DNA of 20,000 nucleotides from NCBI GenBank assembly GCA_000165425.1, contig CT868676.1:310719-330718 (forward strand). The letters are read 5' to 3'. Below the pieces are notes generated by a model that was given only the letters and a program-made list of their open reading frames with translations, was not told where the DNA came from and ran no database searches. The translations under genes were made by a program, and so were the position numbers. This DNA comes from Paramecium tetraurelia (lineage: Eukaryota). This document shows, one piece after another, positions 1 to 10,652 of the stretch. The stretch's first letter is position 1. Each line of letters starts with the position of its first letter.

Positions 1-2
1 AT

Positions 3-512
3 AAGATTAAATAGTTGATTTCTTAAATAATTACATTCTTAAAATAAGATGTTTTAAGATAAATAGTAGAACCAATTCTAATGTAGAATAAGAAGATTTA
101 TGAGTGGGTTCAATATTTTCTATCAATCCAATACAATGAAGAATAAGAGATTGTCATAGTCGAATTAATAACAACGTTTTACATTAATTAGATAGTTACA
201 AAGGAAAATATATCATAATAAACAACAATAATAAACATAATAAGCCTATTTTAAAGCAATAATAATCTGAACAATAAGATTTTAGAGACTATCAAGCCTA
301 CTTTGTTGTCCTCTATTTATTCTAATTTAGCATAGTTTGTAGAGGAAACAGAAAGAAAAAATGAGGAAATTCATAATATGGGTTTAATGCTTGATTTTTT
401 GTATTTTCAAGAATAGATATTGCACCCAGGAATTTTGCAATTTATAAAATGTGAATACTTGGATTTGAGATTAAAGGTTGTACAATTGCTTAAGAAGTTT
501 AAGCCTTAGTGA
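3..512 (+). CDS. 3' part of a hypothetical, probably helical protein (5' end outside window)
   Basis: Code-6 frame open from 3 to TGA at 510-512 (KIKQLISQIITFLKQDVLRQIVEPILMQ...LDLRLKVVQLLKKFKPQ*). No recognisable motif. Confidence 0.75.
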
Positions 513-605
513 ATTATTTGTTTTATATTCTTTTGTACTCTTTATAAAAGTGATATTAAATTATATTAATTAATATATTTAAACAAGAAATATAATTTTG
601 TTTTT

Positions 606-1931
606 ATGGAATCAGAAAATGGTACATTCAAATTGGTTTATGCTATTGTCATGAGTTCACTCTAACTAATTTTTATTATTCTAACTGTTTATTATTGCAC
701 TGCTGTATACAAATTGAGGTTTCAATACCCAATAAAACAATTATCTCCATTATTAACTGTATTTTCAGGCGGATTTTATTAATTATTTGCAGCAATTATC
801 TTATTTGTAGATATAATCAATGATTTCTTTGATGATTTTTTCAAAGAAATCGATGAACGATGTCAATCATAGATAATCTTTATATAAGTAGTTTCATTCT
901 TCTAATTATGGTCAAGAGGTTGCTGTTACACATTGTAATTAATGAAATTTGTAAGAGTTGCTCTAGCTTTAAAGAAAAAATAATTACAATAAAACTCAAT
1001 AATAACTAGATTGTTTCAGGATGAAAAAAAGTTATTGTTTGTCTCTTTAATTTAGGGAATCCTTTTTTTCCCTATTGCAACTTACATATAATGTTTATTA
1101 GAATCAAAACCAATGATATAAGCAATGTAAGTGTATAAGGAGCATAAATGTCTTGTTGCAATAAGTATTGTTGTGTAAGAGGCACTTACTGTAATAATAA
1201 TCGGAATCATCTAAAACTAAAGCATTTAGGATAATCTATTTAAATTGACATTGTATCCTCAATTTCTCTTCATAATTTGGTATTCTTTAACTACAATACT
1301 TCCAATCAATGAGAGAATCATATCATTTTCCTTTTGGCTCAGATGCTAGATTATGGTTGGTTTATTTGTGGCACTTCCAAAATATTTTGTGGAACAACTA
1401 CCTAATATTTACATCACAACAAAACAGATCAACAATATTGAAATTATCTTATCTAAGAAATTTAACAAATTCTATAAAAACAATTTGATACTATCATCTT
1501 TTAAGAAATATTTGAATTTCAAGGATAAACACCTTCCCCAGTAGTTTTATTTGGACAATTATTAAAACGAATAATTTGTTATCCATCCATAAATAAATTA
1601 TTATCAAAAACTATTGCACATTCTGATTTTAGTTGATAGTAGTATCTAGCATTGTAGTAATAATTACACACTCGTAGATGAGTTTTATAAATTGAAATAA
1701 AAATACAATATTTTTTTTAATTATTAGGATTTGTCGTAAGTTTACCTTGGATTAATAAGGAATATCAAATAAATCTATTGCAACGAATATTAAAATACAG
1801 TAGCTTTTTATAACTTGTATCAAAATTATAAACACAATGAGATAGTCAAGTCGAACTTGGAGAGGCTCAATATTAGTTTGGAAGAGTTTGAATGCTTTGA
1901 AGACACTTAATTAAATTCTCCTTTTTAATGA
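606..1931 (+). CDS. Seven-transmembrane protein with putative C-terminal RGS-like domain (441 aa, no intron needed)
   Basis: ATG 606 to TGA 1929-1931 under code 6. About seven hydrophobic segments in the first ~260 aa, post-TM1 motif LRFQYPIKQLSPLL, and a soluble helical tail (IEIILSK..SSFKKYL ... YCNEYQNTVAFYNLY). The CDS is well supported; the RGS call is inference. Confidence 0.7.
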
Positions 1932-1982
1932 TAATAATATTGTTATATCAATAACCAATAAACCTTAAGATTGCTAAATAAT

Positions 1983-2736
1983 TCAACAACAGCCTTTGTC
2001 AGAGTTGGCCTCTTATTGTGAGTTTTTTCCTCCTTTTTATTCCTATTTTCCAAAGCTTTGCTATGTATACTTTTGAGATAAATGTAGAGATTCTCTAACA
2101 TTTTATTCAGAATTAGTTCTTATGGGATTATTTTATTGTGACACTTTCTCCAAAGTATTAATAAAGATCTACGTGTTTATTAGATTTATACAAATTACAT
2201 CATCAATATTTTATCCAGTGGCAGCTGAAGTTTCAAAATATAGAGCATTATATTCCATAGCCTTTTATCTTGCTTCCTCATTTGACACTGTTCTCTCTGC
2301 TTCCAAATCTGACATGTTCCCAACCATTGAAATTACAACTCCTTAATCACTATTGTCTTAGATATCTTTGACCCATCCTGGAACACTTAAAAATGACTCG
2401 CGGCTTTAATAAATTATCAAATAAACCTTGTCAATTTAAATACAATAATGATGGCAGCAGAATTTCTATAAAAAGATCTAGCAATGCTTCTGAAAGCTTC
2501 TTAGCCTGCCTACCGAATATAAATTATAGATTTCTTACAGTATCCCATATTTAAAGTGTCAATGCAGTATCTTGAATCGTCACTTTTTTACTAGCAAATT
2601 CAAGACCTATTGTAACATTGTAATCTCTTTAAAATAGATCCTTTGTGTATCTGAGTAAGATTGAGGATTTTCCTACACCTTGGTCTCCGACTAATATGAT
2701 TTTGTAAACTTCTTGCGCTTATTAACTTTTATTCAT
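1983..2736 (-). CDS. Rab-family small GTPase, divergent Rab2-like (about 223 aa; introns 2510-2538, 2404-2426, 2169-2198)
   Basis: G1 GDQGVGKS, switch I YNVTIGLEF, G3 IWDT/AGQE, RabF motifs FRSIARSFYR, G4 GNMSD, G5 FETSA, C-terminal GCC* prenylation signal. Confidence 0.95.
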
Positions 2737-2762
2737 TATAGAAAAGAATTTAATAATTTAAA

Positions 2763-3449
2763 ATGGCTGTTAATCTAAAATTAGGAAATAACCTTTTTAC
2801 TAAAGAAAGAAGAATAGCAGAGCTAGAAAAAAAAGTAGTTGAATTAGAACATAAAGTCTCAGAATATGAAAAATTAAACTTTGAATTTTAATTGAGACAT
2901 AAAGAAGATGAAAAAAATTTATTTGAATTGAGAAATCAAAACAATCTCTTTAAAATTGAACTAGGGTAGCTTTAAGCTCATTCTTAAAAATTAACAACAG
3001 AAAAAGATAAACTAGAAGTTTAGCTAAGAGAAATTAATGGTAATTATGAGAAACTCAAAGAAAAATAAAAGGAAATTATGAATGTCGTAACAAATCAATC
3101 AAATGAAATAAATGAGAATCTCTCATTAATAGATAAACTCAAGAGCGATCTTACTAAAAGTGAGAATGCCTAGATCCAATTAGAAAAACAAATTCATGAG
3201 TTATGCTTGTAAAGAGAGGCCAAAATTGCAGATATCAGAACCTTACAAAAAAATATTCAATAAAAAGAAAAGTATATCGCCGTTTTGAATAAGGAGAAAG
3301 AAAAGAGTGAAGGAAACAAGGATAAAGAAAATAAGATGAAAGAATAAAAAAAGCCAAACTGTCAATTTAAATCATCAAGTATCATTGATGGTTTGGATGA
3401 TGTAGAATCGTGTTAAACAATTAATAGATTGAAAAATAAATAGAAGTGA
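2763..3449 (+). CDS. Hypothetical coiled-coil protein (228 aa)
   Basis: ATG 2763 to TGA 3447-3449. E/K/Q/L-rich heptads (RIAELEKKVVELEHKVSEYEKL). Confidence 0.8.
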
Positions 3450-3491
3450 TTAATTATTCATATCAATAATAATATAAAATTTAAATTTGAA

Positions 3492-5272
3492 ATGAGTATA
3501 TCGTTACAAACAATGTTGGAGTAGTTAAAGAATGCCCAAAGGATAGATTTATCTGAAATGTACATTGGGGATGATGGAGCAAGATTATTATCAAATTACG
3601 TGAAAAACAATAAAAATTTGAAATGTTTAGTATTGAGAGGAAATAATATTACAGCTTAAGGGTATATATACAATTAAAATTTAGATTTTTGGACATTGTA
3701 ACAGCATTAAGAGGATGCCCATTGTTAAAGATTCTATCATTGGAATGGAATTAGATAGGTTCTGATGGAGTTGGAATAGAAACATTAGCTGGATTCTTAG
3801 TTTCAAATAAGTCACTTCAACACATTGGTTTATCTAACAATAAGTTAACTGGAGATCAGATCGAACCTTTGGCAAATGCTTTAAGGTAAAACACTACTCT
3901 ACTTTCACTTGACTTGAGATGGAATTCTCTTGGAAAGAAGGGAGGAGAATTCTTGTTATCAGCTGTTGGAGACAATAAGGCAATTCTGTACCTGGATTTA
4001 AATGGAGCAGAGATAATATAATAGGATCAAGAAGCGATAGAGGATATTTTAGAATAACATAGGGCTAGTAATCCAATCTAGAAGGATAGAATTCTATCAA
4101 TTGATGAGGATGTTGTAGAGGAGGAAGAACCAATGATTAGTGGATTGGCTGGAGCATCAGTAGTTTAACATTTGGAATAAATGTTGGAGTAAGAGAGAAT
4201 ACATACAATGCACATTAAATAAAGAATGGAGAGAGAGTTAGATGAATTAATGAGGAGGGACAAGGCAGATACGAGATTGTTGGAAGAACTGGATGCAAAA
4301 ACTAGATAGTTAGAGTCCGATAATAGGGCTAGTTTATATTAGATTGAGAAATTAAGGGATGAATATTAATTGATGGAAAGACAACAAGAGGATGTAACAA
4401 GATCGATGGAGGAAAAGATCAGATAGAATGAATTCATCTTGAATGAGTTAGAGAAGAAACACAGGACGAATTTGGACAGAGCGTTGAATGAAAATAACTT
4501 TAGAGCCAGAGATTTAGTGAGAGATTGGGAGAATAGATGCAGATCGGTGGAGGATAGATCCAGATAACTTGAATAAGAGAATAGGATATTGGAGGAGGAG
4601 TTGCGATCATTATAAGAAAGATAAATTTAATTATAATTAACTTATGATTAAGAATTGAGAGATCTTGGCAGAAGAATTTAAGAGGAAGAGTACCAGAAAT
4701 ACCATATAGTTTCAACAACTTTGGATGCCAAAATAAGAGCTATGGAGGAGGCCAGGGACTTAATTATCAAGAGGAATGCAGATGCTGCAAGGGAATATGA
4801 TGAAAGAATCTTAAATGGAAAATAGGAAGTTTAAGTATTGTATGACGAATTGGAGAGACTGAAAAATTAAAATAAAGATTTTATTCGATAAAATTAAGAG
4901 CTAAGACAAAAATGCGATTCTTTGAAGCAATAGGCCAAGGTTAAAGAATCCGCAGTGGAGAAATATGAAAGTGAAATCAACACGTTAAATGCACAGATTG
5001 AGCAAAAAAGAAAAATGCAATCTGATTCTCTAAATTAATTGCTAAATGAATAGAAAATTGATCGTCAGGCTTGGGAAGTAAATATTTGAATATATTTATA
5101 GAATGAAAGAATTCAATAAACTGAGAGGATCCATAGTTTGGAAAAAGCATTAAGAGAATCACATGCCGAAAACACTAGATTAAGACAAGAATATTAGAGG
5201 TTGGGAGAGCTACTTTAATTTAATGTTTCTAATGCATTGCATCAAGCATTTCAAGACAATGGATATTTTTGA
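3492..5272 (+). CDS. LRRC45: LRRC45-like protein: RNI-like leucine-rich repeats plus long coiled coil (about 577 aa; introns 3662-3684, 5078-5101)
   Basis: LRR series LVLRGNNI, LSLEWNQIG, IGLSNNKL, NTTLLSLDLRWNSLG, LYLDLNG follows the repeat order I recall for LRRC45 (LxGNN / LEWN / LDLRWN), then ~350 aa of coiled coil. Intron 2 contains an in-frame TGA. Orthology is from recall and not searched. Confidence 0.8.
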
Positions 5273-5378
5273 TTCAAATTATTATATGATAATTAAATAA
5301 TCAGGTATCTCTTCATAACAAAAGTCAACGAATCAAATCAGAGATAGAAATCATTAATTTTTATATATTTATATTACT

Positions 5379-8317
5379 ATGAGTGAAGGTCAGAACAATA
5401 ATTCTTACCTAGAAGAAGAATAAACACAAAGAGGATTGAAAAATTGCGAAGCTTTTTGCAACAGATTGAGAAGAGACTATCCATCATTATATTAGTAAAT
5501 TTTAATATGAAATATTTAGATAGCTCGTTGTACTTTTGAAGGATTACAAATAGAACAGATAAAATATATCTCTCTATTACAGTGAGATAAAAAAGCTCTT
5601 TTCTGATTAGCCAGCTGTCATCGAAAATCTGAATAAATTATTTTATCATGATGCCCGCATCAAATCAAATGATGCGATCTAATAATTAGAGTCCATTTTT
5701 AGGCAAGACAAGAATAGAATCAATCTACTAGAGTAAACTAAAAATCTGATTCTCAAGGGAAACCTCGACCAACAGTAATAATTAGATGTAATTATAACTT
5801 TTATATCATATTCTAGTTAATATCAATCTAATTTAAAGATGATCCAGAAGCACTTAAAGAAATTCAAAATGCATTCAAATTGAAGAAGTAGAAGCAGAAA
5901 ATATAAGTGGATTGGGATGACATCAAAACCAAAAGAGTAAAGCCCAATCCTCCTACCATGGAAGAAATATAATCATATTAAGCTTATTATACTTAATATT
6001 TTTACAATAACGCTTATTAACTACAAGTAAGCAGAGAGATTAAAAATGAAATTATTGTGTTGGATAAACTAAGATTAAAGTGTTTTAGCCATTTTACATA
6101 AGAATCTGATTTTAATCAATTCTTTTATGAATTTGTAAATGTCATTCATTTATATACAGAATGCATAATCACTCAATACGAGCTTATGGATATTTTGTCA
6201 TCACACACATGGATTGATTAAGAGATTATAGATGAACTCAGAATTGCTATTTTCACTAGAGCACCTGCACGTCGGCAATAAACTTAATTATTTAAACCAC
6301 TTAAAGATACAGACTTTAAGAATGCTGAACATATCACTGGTTCATATGTGAGAATGCATCCTGGTTATGCAAACATAATGAAGGAAGACCCAAAATTACC
6401 AAATGTTTTAAATCATCTATGGGTTTCTGTACCATTTGGTAGTGAAGATTACTCATTTTCAATCATGAGAAAAAACAGTTTTGAGGAGTAACTGTTCAAA
6501 ATAGAAGATGAAATGTTCGAATATGATGTCAATATTAATTGCTACAGAAGAACTATTAAAGTACCAATTTATCTATAAAATAGTTACTTGATTAATTGAT
6601 TGCAGGAAACAACCAATAAGCTATTGAACAGCAAATAAGGAAAATACTCCAAATTAAGTGTTTACAATCAGTCTACAAAACCAATAGTAAAGATTAAGAG
6701 GAAGTTATAACATTATGGTAGAAGAATCCAGTGGGGTGCTCTCCTATCCTAAGAGATAGATTGAATCAAAAATGTTAGGAATTGATTAAATCTAGAGATA
6801 TTGCAAATCAAACATGGAAAATCACTTAAAAAAACAATTTCTCAAGATCTTTAGATCATCGATCCTTTTATTTCAAGAAAAATGAAAAGTAGTATACTTG
6901 CGCTTCAAGATTTCTAAAAGAACCTGACGAAAAATTCACATTAATATAAGCAAATACTGCAATTTAAGCAGAATATTTGAACTCTTTGGTATAATTAACT
7001 ACAATTAAACCACTCAGTCATGGAAAATAGGTTAATATCAATGAAATTGACTAAACCACTGTGTTTAGTTTATATATTTCCAATAAAACTCTTTTGGAAG
7101 AAACATTTGAGATCTTTAAGTATTATGTAGAATAATCAAATTTAAATGAATCAGAGTGGATTCTTGATTTATTTTAGAAACTATGTTAAGGATACTTTAA
7201 TCTTGAGCTGGTTGATCAGAATTATAATTTTTCACTTTTGAGAGGAGACTTATCAACTATTGAATAGTACGTTACTAATTCATCATTCTCCTATATAGAT
7301 TAGTTTAACATTGAATAAGAATAAACTAAAAAATCTCATTTGAATAACAATAATTCAAATAGTAACAATAGAAAGGACTCAGATGATTTTGAAGAATCTG
7401 ATTATGAACTATAGAGAATCAAAACTCTTAAATCACCTCTTATTGATGAAGAAGATGTGTTTCCAAGAAACTCATTATAATTACTTTCAAACACTAAAAG
7501 TAACTTTAAACCCCAAGGAAAAATCATTTATGGAACATCCGGAATATATTTATTTTTTCGATATTTCTATTCGTTGTATCAAAGAATTGAATTGGCACAT
7601 TAAATTAGTTAGAATTTTGAATAAAATGAGAAATTTGAAAGTATTGTAATTTGTAACTTTAGAATTGAATGAAAAAGAAAAAAAGAAAATAATTGAAATT
7701 AGATACAAGTTATTTAAGCATGCTCTCCTTTACTCAATTAAAAATAAGGATTTCAAATATCAAGACTACTTAAGTTTACTTTTTGGAAAACAAGTGAATG
7801 TATATAATAACCTTTTAGGCTTTTCTATTCTATACTATTGATAAAATGCTGTCAGATTGTTGTAAACACTTAGCCAGCTTATTAAATGATAAATTGACAG
7901 ATTCTTTCTTTGATTTCTTGTTCAAGTCAAACAATGACAAATACGAGTTAGATCCAACTAAAACTGAGGAAGTTTAATTAAGTAACCTATCTTTTGCGTT
8001 GCTAGATTTATAATGGGAACAAGCACAACGAGTATTATTTAGAGTAAGATATGCATAATTTTTAGTTTTGCTTATAAGATGATAGTTTACATATAAATTA
8101 TTTGCCTAATTGGTCGAGTATTTAAGATAAATAATAATTAAATCGAATCTCATAATTTGTTAAATCTTACACAACAACCTATTCAAATAGAATCAAAGGT
8201 GTATTTTTGCAAAGAAATTTAAGAGACGCCAGGGCAAGTACTTAAAATCAAATGGAATGGACAGTCTTTGATTAGATGAAAATAAAAAATAATTTGTCTG
8301 ATATTTTAATTAAATGA
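5379..8317 (+). CDS. SIN3: Sin3-family HDAC co-repressor scaffold (about 930 aa; introns 5495-5519, 5788-5816, 6561-6583, 7641-7662, 7794-7818, 8044-8065)
   Basis: PAH-like repeats (LYQQLVVLLKDYK..IKKLFSDQP; FFYEFVNVIHLYTECII). HID motifs GSY, VLNHLWVSVPFGSED, RKNSFEEQLFKIEDE and RSLDHRSFYFK. Sin3_C motifs YLFFRYFYSLYQR and AFLFYTIDK. Confidence 0.93.
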
Positions 8318-8343
8318 TTAATTTGGTTTGAATATTTAATTCA

Positions 8344-9598
8344 TCAGTTAATTTTTGGCTTATTATATTTAGAGATAAAATCTTCAAATAATTAAATATA
8401 AGGTGACAAACTTGGTATTTCCTTTCCTAAAAATGGAAAGATCTTATTCTCATTTTCTCTTTATTTTAATTCATCTGGCAATTAAGCTAATTGTTTTATA
8501 ATACTAGGTAAAGTAGGTGTATCTAATGGATTAAATTGCGAACTATTTTTAAGATTGAATGGAACGCAAACACGTTCTAATAATCATAATAATATTACAT
8601 GTTTTTGGATGTATACTAAAAGGTCCTTTTAACAAATGATTAATTGTTGTACTGACATGTGCATCAAGACGAGGATATAAGCACATTAAAATTATTTATA
8701 ATTTAGCAATTTCAAGTCTTTCTGAATCTTAAGAACAAATGAGATCCCAAATTTAACTAGAATCATTAATTTCCTGAATGGATTTCTCTAATTTAGGATT
8801 AAGTATTTTAGTTTATTTTAAAATAGTTAAAATCTTTTTCTTTACATTCTCAATTTTTAAACTGTTTTGATCAATTAAGATAATTTGTTTAAAAAATTAT
8901 TACGCTATAAAATATGCTCTTTAAATAGATGGGTGTAATTTTTCAACTTTCTCTTATTTAACTTCTCTTATGATTTCTTCAGCATCTGCATTACCAGTAT
9001 TTATGTTGAGATACCCTATGATAGCTGATCTAACTTCATTTGTAGATTTTCTTATATGACTATCGCAAACCCACAAATGTATTCCTCTTCTACCTGAATA
9101 AACTGCTAGAATATGTTCCAACCCAAAATCCTGGAATAAAGCAGGTCTCAAAATATCACAAGCTACTTAAAGAAATTTCCAACATTTTTCACAAATTTTT
9201 GCTCCTTGACAACAAGTACGCACTTCATCATAAGCATCCATATCAATATCAATAACTATTTCCTTTTCCATTGCTTTAAGCTTTTCACCCTTTTTAGGCA
9301 ATTTGTCAAAAACTGCTCCAATATCATATTTTATAAGAGTGGATGTTTAATCATTTTATTTATTATCCAGAAGGAATTTTTAAAGACCATAAGCATTTTG
9401 AAATTGCTAATATCTTTAGTAAAAAGTTTCTCCATCGATACTCCTTTCAAAAGAAAATTCTCTTCTACTAAAATACCTCAATTCAGGTTAATTATCTTTG
9501 GCATATGAAAGCCAGTCTACAATCATTTGGATTGGAAAGAGATGCTTATAATAGAAGTGCAAATTTCTGTAAAAGTCCATCTGATCTTAATCATTCAT
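8344..9598 (-). CDS. PRI1: DNA primase small (catalytic) subunit (about 410 aa; intron 8577-8598)
   Basis: RREFSF, KYDIGAV, catalytic EIVIDIDM, Zn motif RTCCQGAKICEKCW, YSGRRGIHLWV, YPRLD, NHLLKGPFSIHPKT, RVCVPF. Confidence 0.97.
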
Positions 9599-9603
9599 TG
9601 TAT

Positions 9604-9611
9604 TTTGGCGG
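9604..9611. promoter_or_regulatory. Candidate E2F/DP-like site TTTGGCGG in the primase/rhomboid divergent spacer
   Basis: The only GC-rich word in an almost pure-AT 55-bp spacer. It fits TTTSSCGS and lies 5 nt upstream of the primase ATG. Confidence 0.4.
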
Positions 9612-9653
9612 TAATTAAAAATAATTAATTTAATATAATAAAAATATTTATTA

Positions 9654-10621
9654 ATGAGTTTTGCCTAATCATCAACTGGATAACCTACACCTTAAGCTTT
9701 GATGAGCATTTGGAGAAGTTAAGATTCAGATCCTCCATACTTCAGTATTTCAAACTTATAATGTAGTAAATTTTTAGAATTCTTTAAAATATCCAAGAGA
9801 TGAGAAATTTACTGAGATGATAACTTACACCTGTCTTCCAACTTTTAAATTATAAAGCATGACAACAATTCTTATCATACTAAATTCATTTTACTTTATC
9901 ATTTTAATAGTAAGTGGTGATATTAAGGATGGTGGATAATTTCTTGAACCCAATTAAAACGTATAAATTATTAATTTATTCATAGTCTCTCTATTCTTTA
10001 GGCATGCTTTACCCATACAGGGTTAAATATGAATAAGAGATTTAACGATTGTTTTTAAGTCTTCTCTTATATTCAAATTTCATAAATTATTTTTCATGCT
10101 AGGTTGCTGTTGCAATATTTGGGTCGTACGTAGAAAAATTGTTAGGTTGGAAGAAATTATGGATGATAAGTATATTTGGTGGATTTGGAGGCACATTACT
10201 TAGCTGTTGTTATACATCTAAATTGCATATTAATGGTGTTTTAGTACCTTCAACCTTTGATGGAGTGCTGTTTGGGTATACTTTATTAAAGTGGGATAAA
10301 TGGAGTTATTCTGGTTCAGGGAGATATTAGATGGTTGGAATGATACTTGGTGGATTAATCATATTTTTCTGGTAAGCATGGTATTGGGAAATTATTGATT
10401 ACATAGGAATCCTAGGTTCTTATGTATTTGGTACTTTATTGGCATTTGCATTTGCTAAATAATTGATGAAAATGTACTATTTATCTTATCCATTTATTAG
10501 AGATTATGATAGCGATTTGAAATGTGTATAAATTTCATCAATTATTTTAATTGTTGTGATTTTAGGAAGCGAAATATTTTATTTCTTTTGGATTTCTTAA
10601 CCTTTAAGATTAGAAATTTGA
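9654..10621 (+). CDS. Rhomboid-family membrane protein, predicted inactive (about 297-306 aa; introns 9745-9766, 9961-9985, possible 10474-10500)
   Basis: Rhomboid-like layout: PTFK before TM1, LGMLYPYRVKYEQEIQRLF (L1 WR loop), GSYVEKLLGWKK, GGFGGTLLS, IDYIGILGS. The catalytic GxS and TM6 His are absent. Confidence 0.8.
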
Positions 10622-10652
10622 TTAAGTTTTATAATATAATTTGTAAAATACT

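Noticed and set aside
6989..7017. Intron-like GTATAA...CTCAG in Sin3
   Set aside because: The frame is open through it, and removing 29 nt would frameshift the conserved Sin3_C motifs.
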